Positions 1-10,716 of a DNA stretch of 64,000 nt are shown one piece after another (the first letter of the stretch is position 1; every line of letters starts with the position of its first letter). The notes below the pieces were generated by a model. The model searched no databases and was not told the origin of the DNA. It saw nothing but the letters and a program-made list of their open reading frames with translations. Source of the DNA: Fistulifera solaris (Eukaryota); the NCBI GenBank assembly GCA_030295235.1, contig AP026146.1, positions 186,001 through 250,000 of the forward strand, read 5' to 3'. Both the position numbers and the translations under genes were made by a program.

Positions 1-327
1 TTCGAGTGAATTGAGCGAGATTAGGGTCACTTTAGACTAGTTAAAGCGATAAATTGTATAAGTCTACCGAATGCATGTGTTAGTCGAACTTAAAAGCCGC
101 ACCCACAAGAGATAAAACAAAAAGCGATTCATTCAGATGTCACCGACGAGGAGAAAGTCGAAGTAACACCCTGTCCATCCAAAGTGCAAAGCATTATGCG
201 CACTATCAATGTTTGCCGATGAGACTAGTAACACAGAAAAGAATAAAAAGGTGGAGAGAAACGTATCGCATTAAATAATCCGATAGGAAAAAAGTCTCCT
301 CGCTCTTCGCTTTGTATATACGACTCC

Positions 328-846
328 TTACTCGTCCGTCGAACCGTCATCCAACTCGTTCCATTTGCCTTTGCCTCCGCCTCCTCCGCCTTGTTTCTTG
401 TCTTTGCGGTTGGGATCATGATCATGCTTTCGTTGAATGTTTCGCTTGGCGGAGCCTTCTTCTCCGACCACGGTTTCGGGAATGTCGAGTTTGCCCTTGT
501 GGTGCTCTTCTCTGCAAGAAATTGCGAAGGAAACATAAAATGAGCTAGTGAGAATATAAGGAATCGAATAAGGAGAAACATAAGCAACGGCTTTCACACG
601 AAGGTGATATTGAAATTGACTTAAAAATCATGTACCCCCGTTCTCAGAAAAGATCCAATTGCAAAACCTGCACCCGAAATTTGTGATTGCTCTCTTAACA
701 AGCTGCTGCAACATCAGTCGTGAACATTCGAAAATGTCCACCCCCTGTCGTGTACAATCTTTCGGCCGCATCGTGTCATCCGTGCGAAACAGGAACCCAT
801 TGTTGCATCCAAGTGCACCGCCGACTTACTCTTTAGGGTGTACCAT
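328..846 (-). CDS. Spliced 66-aa microprotein with a KKQGGGGGGKGKW motif (PDCD4 N-terminal / Stf2-Tma10 / Stm1-SERBP1-like)
   Basis: Exon 1 846-830 (ATG GTA CAC CCT AAA GA), donor GTAAGT, acceptor TTCTTGCAG, exon 2 511-328. The splice is in frame: MVHPKEEEHHKGKLDIPETVVGEEGSAKRNIQRKHDHDPNRKDKKQGGGGGGKGKWNELDDGSTDE*. Confidence 0.7.
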
Positions 847-1400
847 ATTGATGAATTTTAACTTTTTATACAGCAGGTGATGATTTGGTTAGGGTTGTAA
901 AAAACTTGGGTTGTTTTCGAGAATTATGGATCTTGATGATAGAGATGTATGTCATCCAGCGCCTCTCCCACAACAAGATCGCCGTCGCGTGATGGTCTCG
1001 TTCGAAGCGAACTGTTCTTTCTCACGTGTACCTACACAATGGTAAATTTTGTACGTACGCGTGGAAGCCGAGAGAAAAATGCGAAGCTTCTACGGACGAA
1101 CGAACGATCCATTTTCAGTCATGCGTCAGCTGGTCTTGGCGACGCACAGACCGAAAACCCGCTGTACCGATTGTTCGTCGACCGACGACGACGACCATGG
1201 AGAAAACAAAGCTGTAATGCCCGTCGTGATCTCTTTCTTATGGCTTTGTTTGAGGTTCGTAAAAGCGTCAAAAGCTTTGGTTGAGATTTACAAGCCTCTG
1301 TAAGAAATACTAGCATTCACCCGAGCCACGCAATCCAGGAAAGGGTTTTTTATTAATCCATTGCAACAACAACACTCGTGGTTGTCCGAATTGTTTCATC

Positions 1401-1989
1401 ATGAGTCAAACGAATCAAAACAGCCATAATACACCACCACGACCGGGAAGAAACAGCAATACAGCACCTCGCAATACTCCTGTACAACTGCATGCCGATT
1501 CGGGTGTCCCTCATGGTCATGTGCCGGCTTATTTACCCGGATCCGCTAGTTTAGTCGAAGAACTCGATCAACCCGTTTTGGTGGTATTGAGAGACGGAAA
1601 GCATCTCGTTGGGGTGAGTTTTAAATGAAGAATAGCTATCTCTTGAACAAAATCCATTTCGTCTGGACCGCATGGCTCAAACCCGCTTTCGCTTTTTTTC
1701 TCTTTCCCCTGTTGCCTGAAAGACACTTTGTTCCTACGATCAATACAGCAATCTTGTATTGGGGGATGCCGTCGAACGAAGAATTGTGGTAGAAGATGGA
1801 AGAACGCTCTATACCGACATTCCTCTGGGGTTGTATGTCGTGCGGGGAGATACAGTGGTGATACTAGGACAGATTCCCTCGACGGCCAATCCACAATGGA
1901 TGCAACCGGTCACGGTCGAAGAGATCAACGAACGAATGGAACAAACGACGTCGTTGCAGTGGGACTTTGACAATGATCTGATAGCGTAA
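1401..1989 (+). CDS. LSM1: Sm-like protein LSM1
   Basis: Exons 1401-1613 and 1723-1989 with a GT-AG intron. Reads LPGSASLVEELD..VLVVLRDGKHLVG|TLCSYDQYSNLVL..AVERR..LGLYVVRGDTVVILGQI, i.e. the LSM1-type Sm1/Sm2 motifs. Confidence 0.9.
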
Positions 1990-2242
1990 TTGATAATGAA
2001 TGGTGTTGTTTTCTTTCACAATTTGCTACGAAATTGAAGAACGAATATTCAGCAAAACATTGTGAAGGGATGATTCGATCCTCATGTTTGGCTAAGGCAC
2101 GCTTTAATAAAAAGAAACATGCATTAGTTAAATGGTCGATAATCTTTTCCGAAAAGGAACTATAATGTGACACGTTCTTGATTCGTCTTCTCATCATCGC
2201 CAGGATAATATATCCCACGTGGTAAAGCAAAAATGACGCCAT

Positions 2243-2797
2243 TTAACTCTCCGTTACTTCCTCCGAAGGATGCTCATTGGTGATCACCGTTCCAGTGGGA
2301 GGAGGAATGTTATTGCTCGCGGGCTTACCGTGTTCGGCATCCATGACGGCCATTTCTTCCAATTTACAGTCTTTCTTGGCCTGAAAGACCGCAATGTCTT
2401 TTCGCGCGGCGTCAAAGATAGCGCGAATCTTTTGTTCTTTCTCTTCGGCCGAGAATGTATCATTTGTTTCCAATTCGGCCATCATGTCGTAAATGTCAAT
2501 TCCGAACGTTTGCTTGCGCGTTTTGATTTCGCGGTCCAAGAGGGCAATGTCCATCTACAGTGCGCAGTGTTAAGGTTGAAAGAATCATTTGTACAAATCA
2601 TTTGGAAATGGAATAATTGTTAGATAAAATGGCGTACTGAGAAATAGAAAACATTACGAAAGTAAAATCAAAATGCTTATCCACGACAAGGTATCCTCAA
2701 CGAGTGACGATTATGAGACCTTACCTTGAGCATCGATTTTGCACCAGAGGACATGACTCCTTTGCTTGCTTTTTTTCAAGTTATCCATCCAACTCAT
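2243..2797 (-). CDS. Small coiled-coil hypothetical protein
   Basis: Exon 1 2797-2725 (MSWMDNLKKASKGVMSSGAKSMLK), GT-AG intron, exon 2 2554-2243 in frame. Confidence 0.7.
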
Positions 2798-3460
2798 GTT
2801 TGAATACTATCTTATTTGTTAAACGGTATGGGAGAATTGGTCAAAGAGAACGAAGCTGAATCCAAAGGAAAAGTTCTTGTTGCTTTTGGGGTGTTAACTG
2901 TTATGCGTATTTTATTGCAACGCAAAAAGCACGACGATTTCACGACAAGAAGCCTTTTTGCGTCTCTGCTACGGCTGTATAAATGAAAAAGTACATGAAT
3001 TGTCACAATGTGATTCCCGTCGGGTCAAACTGCCACATGTTGTCGCAGCGGTCGTCTAGTTCTGACTAGCTAACGAGTGTCCACACGTAAGCCACTTTGG
3101 TATTCGCTTATTACTTATTACGACCCAATGACATATAAGAAAAGGACTTCATTATTTTCATTAAAAATGATATGAAGTAAAAACCTTCAATAAGCAAGCT
3201 CGGTGGACAGAAAAGATGTGTCTATTCTGCAATCATCGAGTTGATGAAATCCTCAGCTGCTGGTTGAGGATTCGAAATACCAATGTCAACAATGGTAACA
3301 TAAGCGGCCTTCAACTGAAATGGCACCACCCGTCTCACATGGAGACAATGGCTATTCTACAAGCCGTGCGGTGTTGACCAAAGGAAAAGATTAACACGAA
3401 TATCGAAGAGCTAGGGCATAGCAAATTACAATAAGAACTCTACTATACACATTATATGTA

Positions 3461-3720
3461 AGCACTAAAATAAAGGAAAGTGCTATAGTCACTCACGAAG
3501 TCGTGGTCTGGAGTTACCCTAACCTGGACCGCATTCAGACACTTTTGTATCACCAAGATTGCATCTTGTCAATGGACTTGAGCCCCGATGGCAACAAGTT
3601 GGCATCGATAGGTGCAGATGAGAATTTGTGCCTTTGGAAAATTGATGCCGCTCTACCTTGACTCCGTGCTGCCGTTGCGGCTTCCCCCTCGTTCGGATTT
3701 CAATACAAAGCATCCGCTGA
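3461..3720 (+). pseudogene. CDC20/Fizzy-like (APC/C activator) C-terminal relic
   Basis: The frame from 3482 reads AIVTHEVVVWSYPNLDRIQTLLYHQDCILSMDLSPDGNKLASIGADENLCLWKI, resembling the last WD40 repeats of CDC20/CDH1. It stops at 3659-3661, and an IR* tail lies in another frame at 3712-3720. The upstream part is decayed. Confidence 0.7.
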
Positions 3721-4719
3721 CTATGAAGTGATTGTTCGGTTAGTTGTCGACCTTGGTTTGCTGTCTTTTATTTTTGTTACTTCATGCATCCTGTTTCTGT
3801 GATATATTTACGTTAGAAAGTAGACCAGATTTTTATTTGTTAATTCAAAGTTGCGCATGTAATAGATGCCTTTCCCTTTACAGTAGTGAGTTCGTAGACT
3901 AAGCTTTCTATAGTTAGCGGTCCTCAGGCAGTGACAAGGAGACGGCTGCACCATGACAACGACTCCCGATTCTATCAATCTTTCGAATTGTTTCCTGATT
4001 GGCTTAGATGTTAGTGTGAGTGCTTGATTCCAAACTCTTCTGTTGATTGAAATGCAACTCCTTTGTGAGATGTATGGAATGGGTTATTTTACTTGTTTAC
4101 CTGGTACAGTTGGGTCTAGCCTAGTTGGTATCGATTTATTTTGTTCACATAGATTTGTTGTGCCACTACCAGTACGAAATTAGACGGAGTATAAAAAATC
4201 TGTCTTGCTTCCGAGAACCGTTGAAGAATGAATACACTTCGTAGTAGTCAGAACCGCTCCGATACTAGCTCATGCGGGTCTCATTCCCAGACGTCTTGCG
4301 GTCTTGCGCGAAGCAGACGCCGACGACGAAGGGTCGTCGGCCTCACGTTTTTCAGGATTGCGCCGACGGAGCAATTTCCGTGGTTTTCTCCTTTACATTT
4401 CGTGAGGCGGACTGGCGCTCGAGATCTGTCTCGAAAGAAGGGCCGTCCACCATTCACGTGCAACAAGACCACACAACCGTTCGGTGTCTCGAGCTAAACT
4501 ACCCGAGAGAGAGAGAGAGTTTGCTACGTTTGCTGATTGATATTGGCGTTTCTGTAACAACAATTATCTCTTTTGCACAAACTGTGTTTCCTTCTTCGTC
4601 GACTCGCCCGCCTTGAGAAGAAGCCGCACTTTCAATAACCGATCGATCACATTTCACCCTCATTCGTCTCAACAACAGTACCGTACTATTGAGATTTGCA
4701 ATACCTTTTCCTCGTAACG

Positions 4720-7700
4720 ATGTCACAACAATTTCCTCCTCAGCAGCCTCCGCCGGGACGTGGAGCACCGGCCCCTTCGCAACAACAAGGCCGTGGTGGT
4801 GGTCGCGGTAATTCGTACTACAATGCAGCGGGTCGCGGAGCTGCTGCTGGCCGTGGTCCAGGCGGAACAGGAGCCTGGCAACCAACTCCTCCGTCATCTT
4901 CACTGCAGCAGGCTGCTGCCGGTCCTTATCCGCCTCAACAACGTCCGCCCTTTGGCGCTGTGCCTTATTACTCCCCTTACGGTGCGCCTCCTTTTCAGCC
5001 GCAACGTTCGTGGCAACCCAATTATGCGGGCCCGCCTCCGAATGCTCGAGGAGGTGTTTTCTATCCTCCTCCGCCAGGAACTGCGGCTGTTCCGGGACAA
5101 CCGGTTCCCATTACTGCAGCGGTTCCTCCCGCTGCGGCTGCCACATCACCCCCGGTGGTAGTGCCGCCGAGGGCTCGCAAGCCACTGGTGATTACGGTGA
5201 GTCTCGTTTTGTTTCTTTCATAAGATTGCTAAATACCTGCATTGCTCACTTTGTATTTTCAGGACAAGGATGGAAATGTTATTGATTTCACCAAGACCGC
5301 CACCAAACCCAGCTCGTCCTTACAAACAGCTGCGGCATCCGTTACTCCAGATTCGTCGTCCTCCGATGCCGGATCCAAACTGAGACAAGCCGTCATGGAT
5401 CGCATGAACAAGGATGAAGAAGAGAAGAAAAAGAAGGAAGCCGAAGAAAAACAAATAGCTGAGGAAAACGCTAAAAATGAATCGGAAGAGAAGGCGAAAA
5501 ACGAAGCCGAAGAGAAGGCTAAGTTGGAAGCCAAAGAAAAGGCTAAAAAGGAAGCAGAGGAAAAAGCGAAAAAGGAAGTCGAAGAGAAAGCAAAGACAGC
5601 AAGCACCCCAAAATCGTCATTAGCCAAAATACTCAGCCAGTCCCCTTCACCGGCCCCTGCTGTTGCAGCTGGTGGTACATCCAACCGTATTGTTTTCACA
5701 AAAACCGCCCTGTTCGAGTAAGTTGACCAACGTTTTTGACACGCCAACAATGTATGCATACTAACAACGCACTATTCATTTTTTCCGAGCAGGTTTAAGA
5801 ATTCGCCTCAGTGCACGGAGCGACCGTCGACACTACCGGACTTTACTATCACGCGAGGACCATCGAAAAGACGAGACAGCCAAAAAGGCGGCCGTGGGAA
5901 TCAAGACGCGAATAACGGCGGTGAGTGGGGTCGTCAATCCGGACGTCGCCAAAGCACCGGCGAAGGTTCACAATGGAGTCGTGGCCAAGCGCCACCCAAA
6001 GGCCAGAACCAACAACGTGGCCGCGGGGGACGTGGAGGCAAAGAACTTCCCGCTTATGATGGCCCGCCTTTGGTCAAGTCAGAAAATCATTGGAAGCCAC
6101 GAAAGAATACGTCGGCTTTAATTATTGCCGAAAAGCAAGTCAAATCGATTCTGAATAAGATGACCAAAGAAAAGTTCGGTCGATTGTCTGCACAAATGCT
6201 AGAGATCCCCATTTCAACGTACGAAACATTGAATATGATGATTGACAACGTTTACGACAAAGCTATTGATGAACCAGCATTTGGGGATATGTATGCTGAT
6301 CTTTGTGTGAAGCTTTCTCAATCTGTCCATGTCGCAAAGTTGGTTCATTACATTGAATCGGACGAGGAGCCCCCTACTGAGGATGGCGTAGAAGGGAGTG
6401 CCGATAACGCGGATGTCTCGCATCACACAGTGTATCGTTGGAGTAATGACGTGAGCACCAACGATGAGCAGGTTGTTGGTCCTCTTGCATCTGAAGAAGA
6501 ATGCCTTGACGCTGCCTTCGATGAAGAAGAGCGCACTCCAGTCGAGCGTGGAGAGATGCAGCTGGAACTGGTCAAGGTGCTGATCAAGCGAGGCATTTTC
6601 ATCAAGATAATGAAACAGAAAGAGGCTGGAGATACAGATATTTTCTACACTGTATATTTTCCTGTCGGAGAGGCTAAAGATCTGGGACAACAGCTATCTG
6701 ATATCTTCCTTAGCCAGATGGAGTGCGAATCTGACGCGAATAAGAAGAATAGTTTTAAGCGATCTCTTCTCAACAAGTGCGAGGAAGAGTTTAATAAGCA
6801 AGATATCTACGTGGAATGGAAGGAAGAAAAGAAAGCGTACGAGGAAACCAAGAGCTCGCTGTCTGCTGCCGAAATCGCCGAAAAAGAAGAGGAGCTAGAT
6901 TTTCGACGCATCCGAATTAAAAAGCAAATGCTTGGAAACGTGAAGTTTATTGGCCAGCTCTACAAGAAACGCTTATTAAAGGAGAAGATTATGCGCTTCT
7001 GCATCGGTTCATTACTGAAGTTGGAGCAGATACCGGCAGACCAGGTGGCCAGCAAGAACCCGGAGTATCTTGACAAGGGAAATTATGAAATGGATGAAGA
7101 AGATCACGAGGCTATTTGCAACATGTTTACAACGATTGGGCAAACAATCGATACACCTGCTGCTAAAAATTTCATGGACGTTTGCTTTGAAAAGATTAAG
7201 CTATTAAGCACAATGAAGACACTTCCCTCGAGATCCCGGTTTATGTACAAGGACCTGTTAGATTTGCGAGAAAACAAATGGGTACCACGGCGGAAAGAAG
7301 AAAAGGCTAAAACTCTTGAAGAAATCCGCAAAGATGTGGAGCGAGAAGAGCGCAAGCAGGCCCAGGAATCTCAACAAAATCAACGAAGCGCGGGAAATTT
7401 TAACGCGAAGGGCAGTGGACGAGGAAGTTCGAACGATCTTCGCTCCAGCGGTCGTCAACCACAGAGGACTAGTGTTCGACAGTCGAAGCCTGCTACCGAG
7501 ACTGATGAGGACGGCTTTACAGTAGTTAGCCAGGGAGCAAAGGCCGCGCCCGTTGTTTCCAAAAGCTCTTTATCACAAAAATTACAGCAGTCTCAGCAAT
7601 CGTCTACGACATCCTCTAAACAAGCATTTTCGGCTTTGGCCAAACCTGAGCCGCTCAATGAGGACGAGCTCATGCGGAAGATCAAGAGTATGAGGGCTGA

Positions 7701-8220
7701 TTTTCTCACTGATGGAGGAAACGTTGATGAGCTTATCATGTCAATGGACGAGATTTCAGGAACTCCTGATGCTGGCATTGTTCTTGTATCCAAGAATGCC
7801 GATCACATGATGGAATGTAAGGATGACGAGAGAAAAGCTATTTACCAGATAATTTCAATTCTGTTCGAGAAGGAAAAAATAACGAAAGGTGATATTATGG
7901 AAGGCACAAAAGACGCAATTGAAATGATTGACGATTTAGTCGTGGATTCACCGCGTGCGTATGAATATCTTGGCGATCTTTTAGGGTTGTTGCTGAGACT
8001 GAAGGCTGTAGACCTGAACTGGATTTGTGAAGAATGTGAGAAGACGAAAGAATTCAATCCCCACACCCAGGCACCCGAGAAGCTGATTCAATTTGCTTTG
8101 CTGAACTTGAAGAAGACAAGTGGAAAGCAGGCTGTTGCCGATGTGGTTGCTAACGACAACGGCGTGACAAGCCTGCTTGGTGACAAGTGGACAGCCTTGC
8201 GTGCTGAAGTTACTAGCTAA
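4720..8220 (+). CDS. EIF4G: Eukaryotic translation initiation factor 4G (MIF4G + MA3)
   Basis: Exons 4720-5196, 5263-5717 and 5793-8220. MIF4G motifs KQVKSILNKMT, DKAIDEP.FGDMYADLC, FKRSLLNKCEEEF, MLGNVKFIGQLYK and SRSRFMYKDLLDLRENKW, then a C-terminal MA3-like VDSPRAYEYLG. Confidence 0.95.
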
Positions 8221-8329
8221 ACTTAATCCTTTGCTTCAACACCAACGCTTACCTAATGCGAGCATCGGTTTTTCTTAGTTTCCTCACAATGTTACTCCGC
8301 TTTTATGTCAATCCGTTGTACACCTTACC

Positions 8330-8367
8330 TGGTACCGTACCTAGTTTTGGTACCGTACCTAGTTTTG
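8330..8367. repeat. 18-bp direct tandem duplication (TGGTACCGTACCTAGTTT x2)
   Basis: Read directly downstream of the eIF4G stop. Confidence 0.85.
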
Positions 8368-8390
8368 ATGTTGCCTTAGAGATCCTTCAC

Positions 8391-8411
8391 GTGACTCGTG
8401 CCACGAGTCAC
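8391..8411. repeat. Perfect 10-bp inverted repeat GTGACTCGTG-C-CACGAGTCAC
   Basis: The arms are exact reverse complements with a 1-nt spacer. Confidence 0.85.
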
Positions 8412-8741
8412 AACTTAATAAACTCAAACTGTACAGTTTAAATATTGTACTTTGTTGTATGTATACCTTGGCGAAGGCGAAGAGTTTTTTCTTTTCCGTT
8501 GAAAAACAAAGTTCCGTTGGGCTAGCTCAACGGCTCGATTTCAAGAGACCAAAAACGTGCTCCGCGTCTCCCTTCTCGTCCGGTTCTTAGCTGCAAGAAG
8601 ACGCAATTCCTCGGCATTAATACAACCTGCAGCTCTGGTTTATGGCATGGCGTAACATGAATAATCAAAAACGCTATCCAACCACTTTTGATTCAATCAA
8701 AGCTTAAGCTAGTCAGAGCGACAGCGAAATAGTGGGGAGTT

Positions 8742-10484
8742 ATGAGAACCGAAGGGCAAAAACAGCCTTGTGCCGACGGCAAAGAAGCGCCGTATCGTAA
8801 TGTCGAAACAACAACAACATCATCCCTGGACGAATCAGATGACCCACATGGTTCTGAGAATGTGCAGATTCAATTCGGAATACCAGAGATGTACTTGTAC
8901 GAAAACATATGCAGCGCAGCCGACGATGACGACGATGACGAAGGACATCATCATTTCAATGCTTGTTCGCCAGAGACACCCTCTCGCTTATCGGAATGGT
9001 TCCTCACGAAAACAACTTTCCAACAAGATGAGAGGGCAAAAACGGATGAGGGTTCAGTCGGTTCTATCGATTCTGTAACCTATTTTGAGCCTGCTGATTT
9101 CAATCGTAGCAATTGGGAGTCGGTGATGAATGCTCCGACCATGGGTTTAGCCTTTGTGGGGATTGCCATGGCATTAACTCATCCTCTTCTATTCGTGGCC
9201 GGGTTAATCACCGCAGTCGGTACAGCGACGGCAGCTTCGCGTGGTTTTGATTGTATCGATAAAGATATGTATTCACAGATCTGGGAGTCACTTCATGATT
9301 CTTCTGGTGGCCTGGTTCAAGATGCTTTAGACAATCGTACAGCAGCAACCGTTGACGAGGCCCAACAGAAACAGAATGCAGAAAGACTAGAAGTCGACAC
9401 GACGGCCGAGATGGTAAAAATCGAAGATGGTTCCGACGGAACACCCGTTGGGGAACGGCAAACCCTTAAGAGGTCTCCACGAAAGCGAAAAATTCGCTTG
9501 CTTCCGCCCAGCGGGCCAGCGGTACCAATCACTTCAAATGAAAGCGCACTTCCTGTGAACTGGACTACAGTCAACTTCACTGATCTCAAACACCATGTTG
9601 TTACGGAAAGAGAATTTATTGGACTCAATGTGATAGAGTTCTTCCGTGTTTTCTTTGGCGATGATGCACCGTACAGCTTCAAAGAGTTTCAAAAGAAACG
9701 CGGCGACTTGGACATTCAATACGGAAAATGGAGCGATGAACTTCCCAAAGGTCCCTTATCATTGCATCCACCATCTACAGCAGGAGATTTTCCCTTCGAC
9801 ACGACTACATATGTCTCTTACCAGACCCGGACGCTAAACTTTAAGGCAAAAACCAACAACTCCAGTTTACTCGGGCCAGCATTTGCGACAACGACAAAAG
9901 TGCAGCGGCTCTTCATACTATCCAAAAGGTGTGCTGTTTTAGAAATGAAAACAACGCTTCGCGATATTCCCTTTTCAGACCGGTTCTTTGTGCTAGAACG
10001 TTGGGTGGTGAATGCTAAGAAGGATGATTACGGCTTGTACACCATTTTGTTATCCGTTTCAACTGGCGCTGTATTCACAGGGAGCTGCCCGTTTGAAGGT
10101 CCCATCAGATCGAGATCTGCTGCAGCAGTTTCTGATGTTGTAAATGCTTGGTGCGCAATGGCGACCGAAGCTCTGAGGCTGACGGAACGGACTAAAATAT
10201 CGCGTCTGGATCACAAAGCGGACTCGCATGAGTGCGGTGACTTGGCAGCCGAAGTCTTACAAAAGAACGTTCTTCATGGCGAAGACGAAATGCCCGTTGA
10301 AGTTAGTATTGACAGCTATTTGGGGACGGCAAACATTAAGGATGACTACGTACGATCTTTGAAGAGGTCCGTGTCAGATCCCTTAGAAAGTACAAGGCGG
10401 CGTTCTTTGGGCGGATTTGGACGATCTATATCCCAATTTTGGACACGAGGGCAAAGAGACTCACCGCCGAGAAGCCTTTCGTAA
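8742..10484 (+). CDS. VASt (StARkin) domain membrane protein
   Basis: Intact 580-aa ORF with a hydrophobic segment and VASt-type motifs FFRVFFGDDA and TTLRDIPFSDRFFVLERWVV. Confidence 0.8.
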   Translation: MRTEGQKQPCADGKEAPYRNVETTTTSSLDESDDPHGSENVQIQFGIPEMYLYENICSAADDDDDDEGHHHFNACSPETPSRLSEWFLTKTTFQQDERAKTDEGSVGSIDSVTYFEPADFNRSNWESVMNAPTMGLAFVGIAMALTHPLLFVAGLITAVGTATAASRGFDCIDKDMYSQIWESLHDSSGGLVQDALDNRTAATVDEAQQKQNAERLEVDTTAEMVKIEDGSDGTPVGERQTLKRSPRKRKIRLLPPSGPAVPITSNESALPVNWTTVNFTDLKHHVVTEREFIGLNVIEFFRVFFGDDAPYSFKEFQKKRGDLDIQYGKWSDELPKGPLSLHPPSTAGDFPFDTTTYVSYQTRTLNFKAKTNNSSLLGPAFATTTKVQRLFILSKRCAVLEMKTTLRDIPFSDRFFVLERWVVNAKKDDYGLYTILLSVSTGAVFTGSCPFEGPIRSRSAAAVSDVVNAWCAMATEALRLTERTKISRLDHKADSHECGDLAAEVLQKNVLHGEDEMPVEVSIDSYLGTANIKDDYVRSLKRSVSDPLESTRRRSLGGFGRSISQFWTRGQRDSPPRSLS

Positions 10485-10716
10485 CAAGAATATTTGAAGA
10501 ATAGAAAAGTGATAGTATTTGTAAAAATACATAAAGAGTGAACATTGTCAACCTGAGAGTTGACTACGAAATCATACGCTGAATGGGACGCTGACTCTCG
10601 TGCAGATGCATTTTTGTTGTAAGTGCTACCAGTCGACATATATGACAAAAATACTGTAAGGCCAGAAACTTTGTGATCTATGAGTTACATTATTCCATTC
10701 AAGGGGTTAAAATGGC

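Noticed and set aside
600..680. TPP riboswitch in the microprotein intron (GGGTGC...CTGAGA on the minus strand)
   Set aside because: The downstream ACCTGAT / GCGNAGGGA core of TPP aptamers is missing.
5400..5600. EEKAK-type repeats in eIF4G
   Set aside because: Ordinary charged low-complexity coding repeats.
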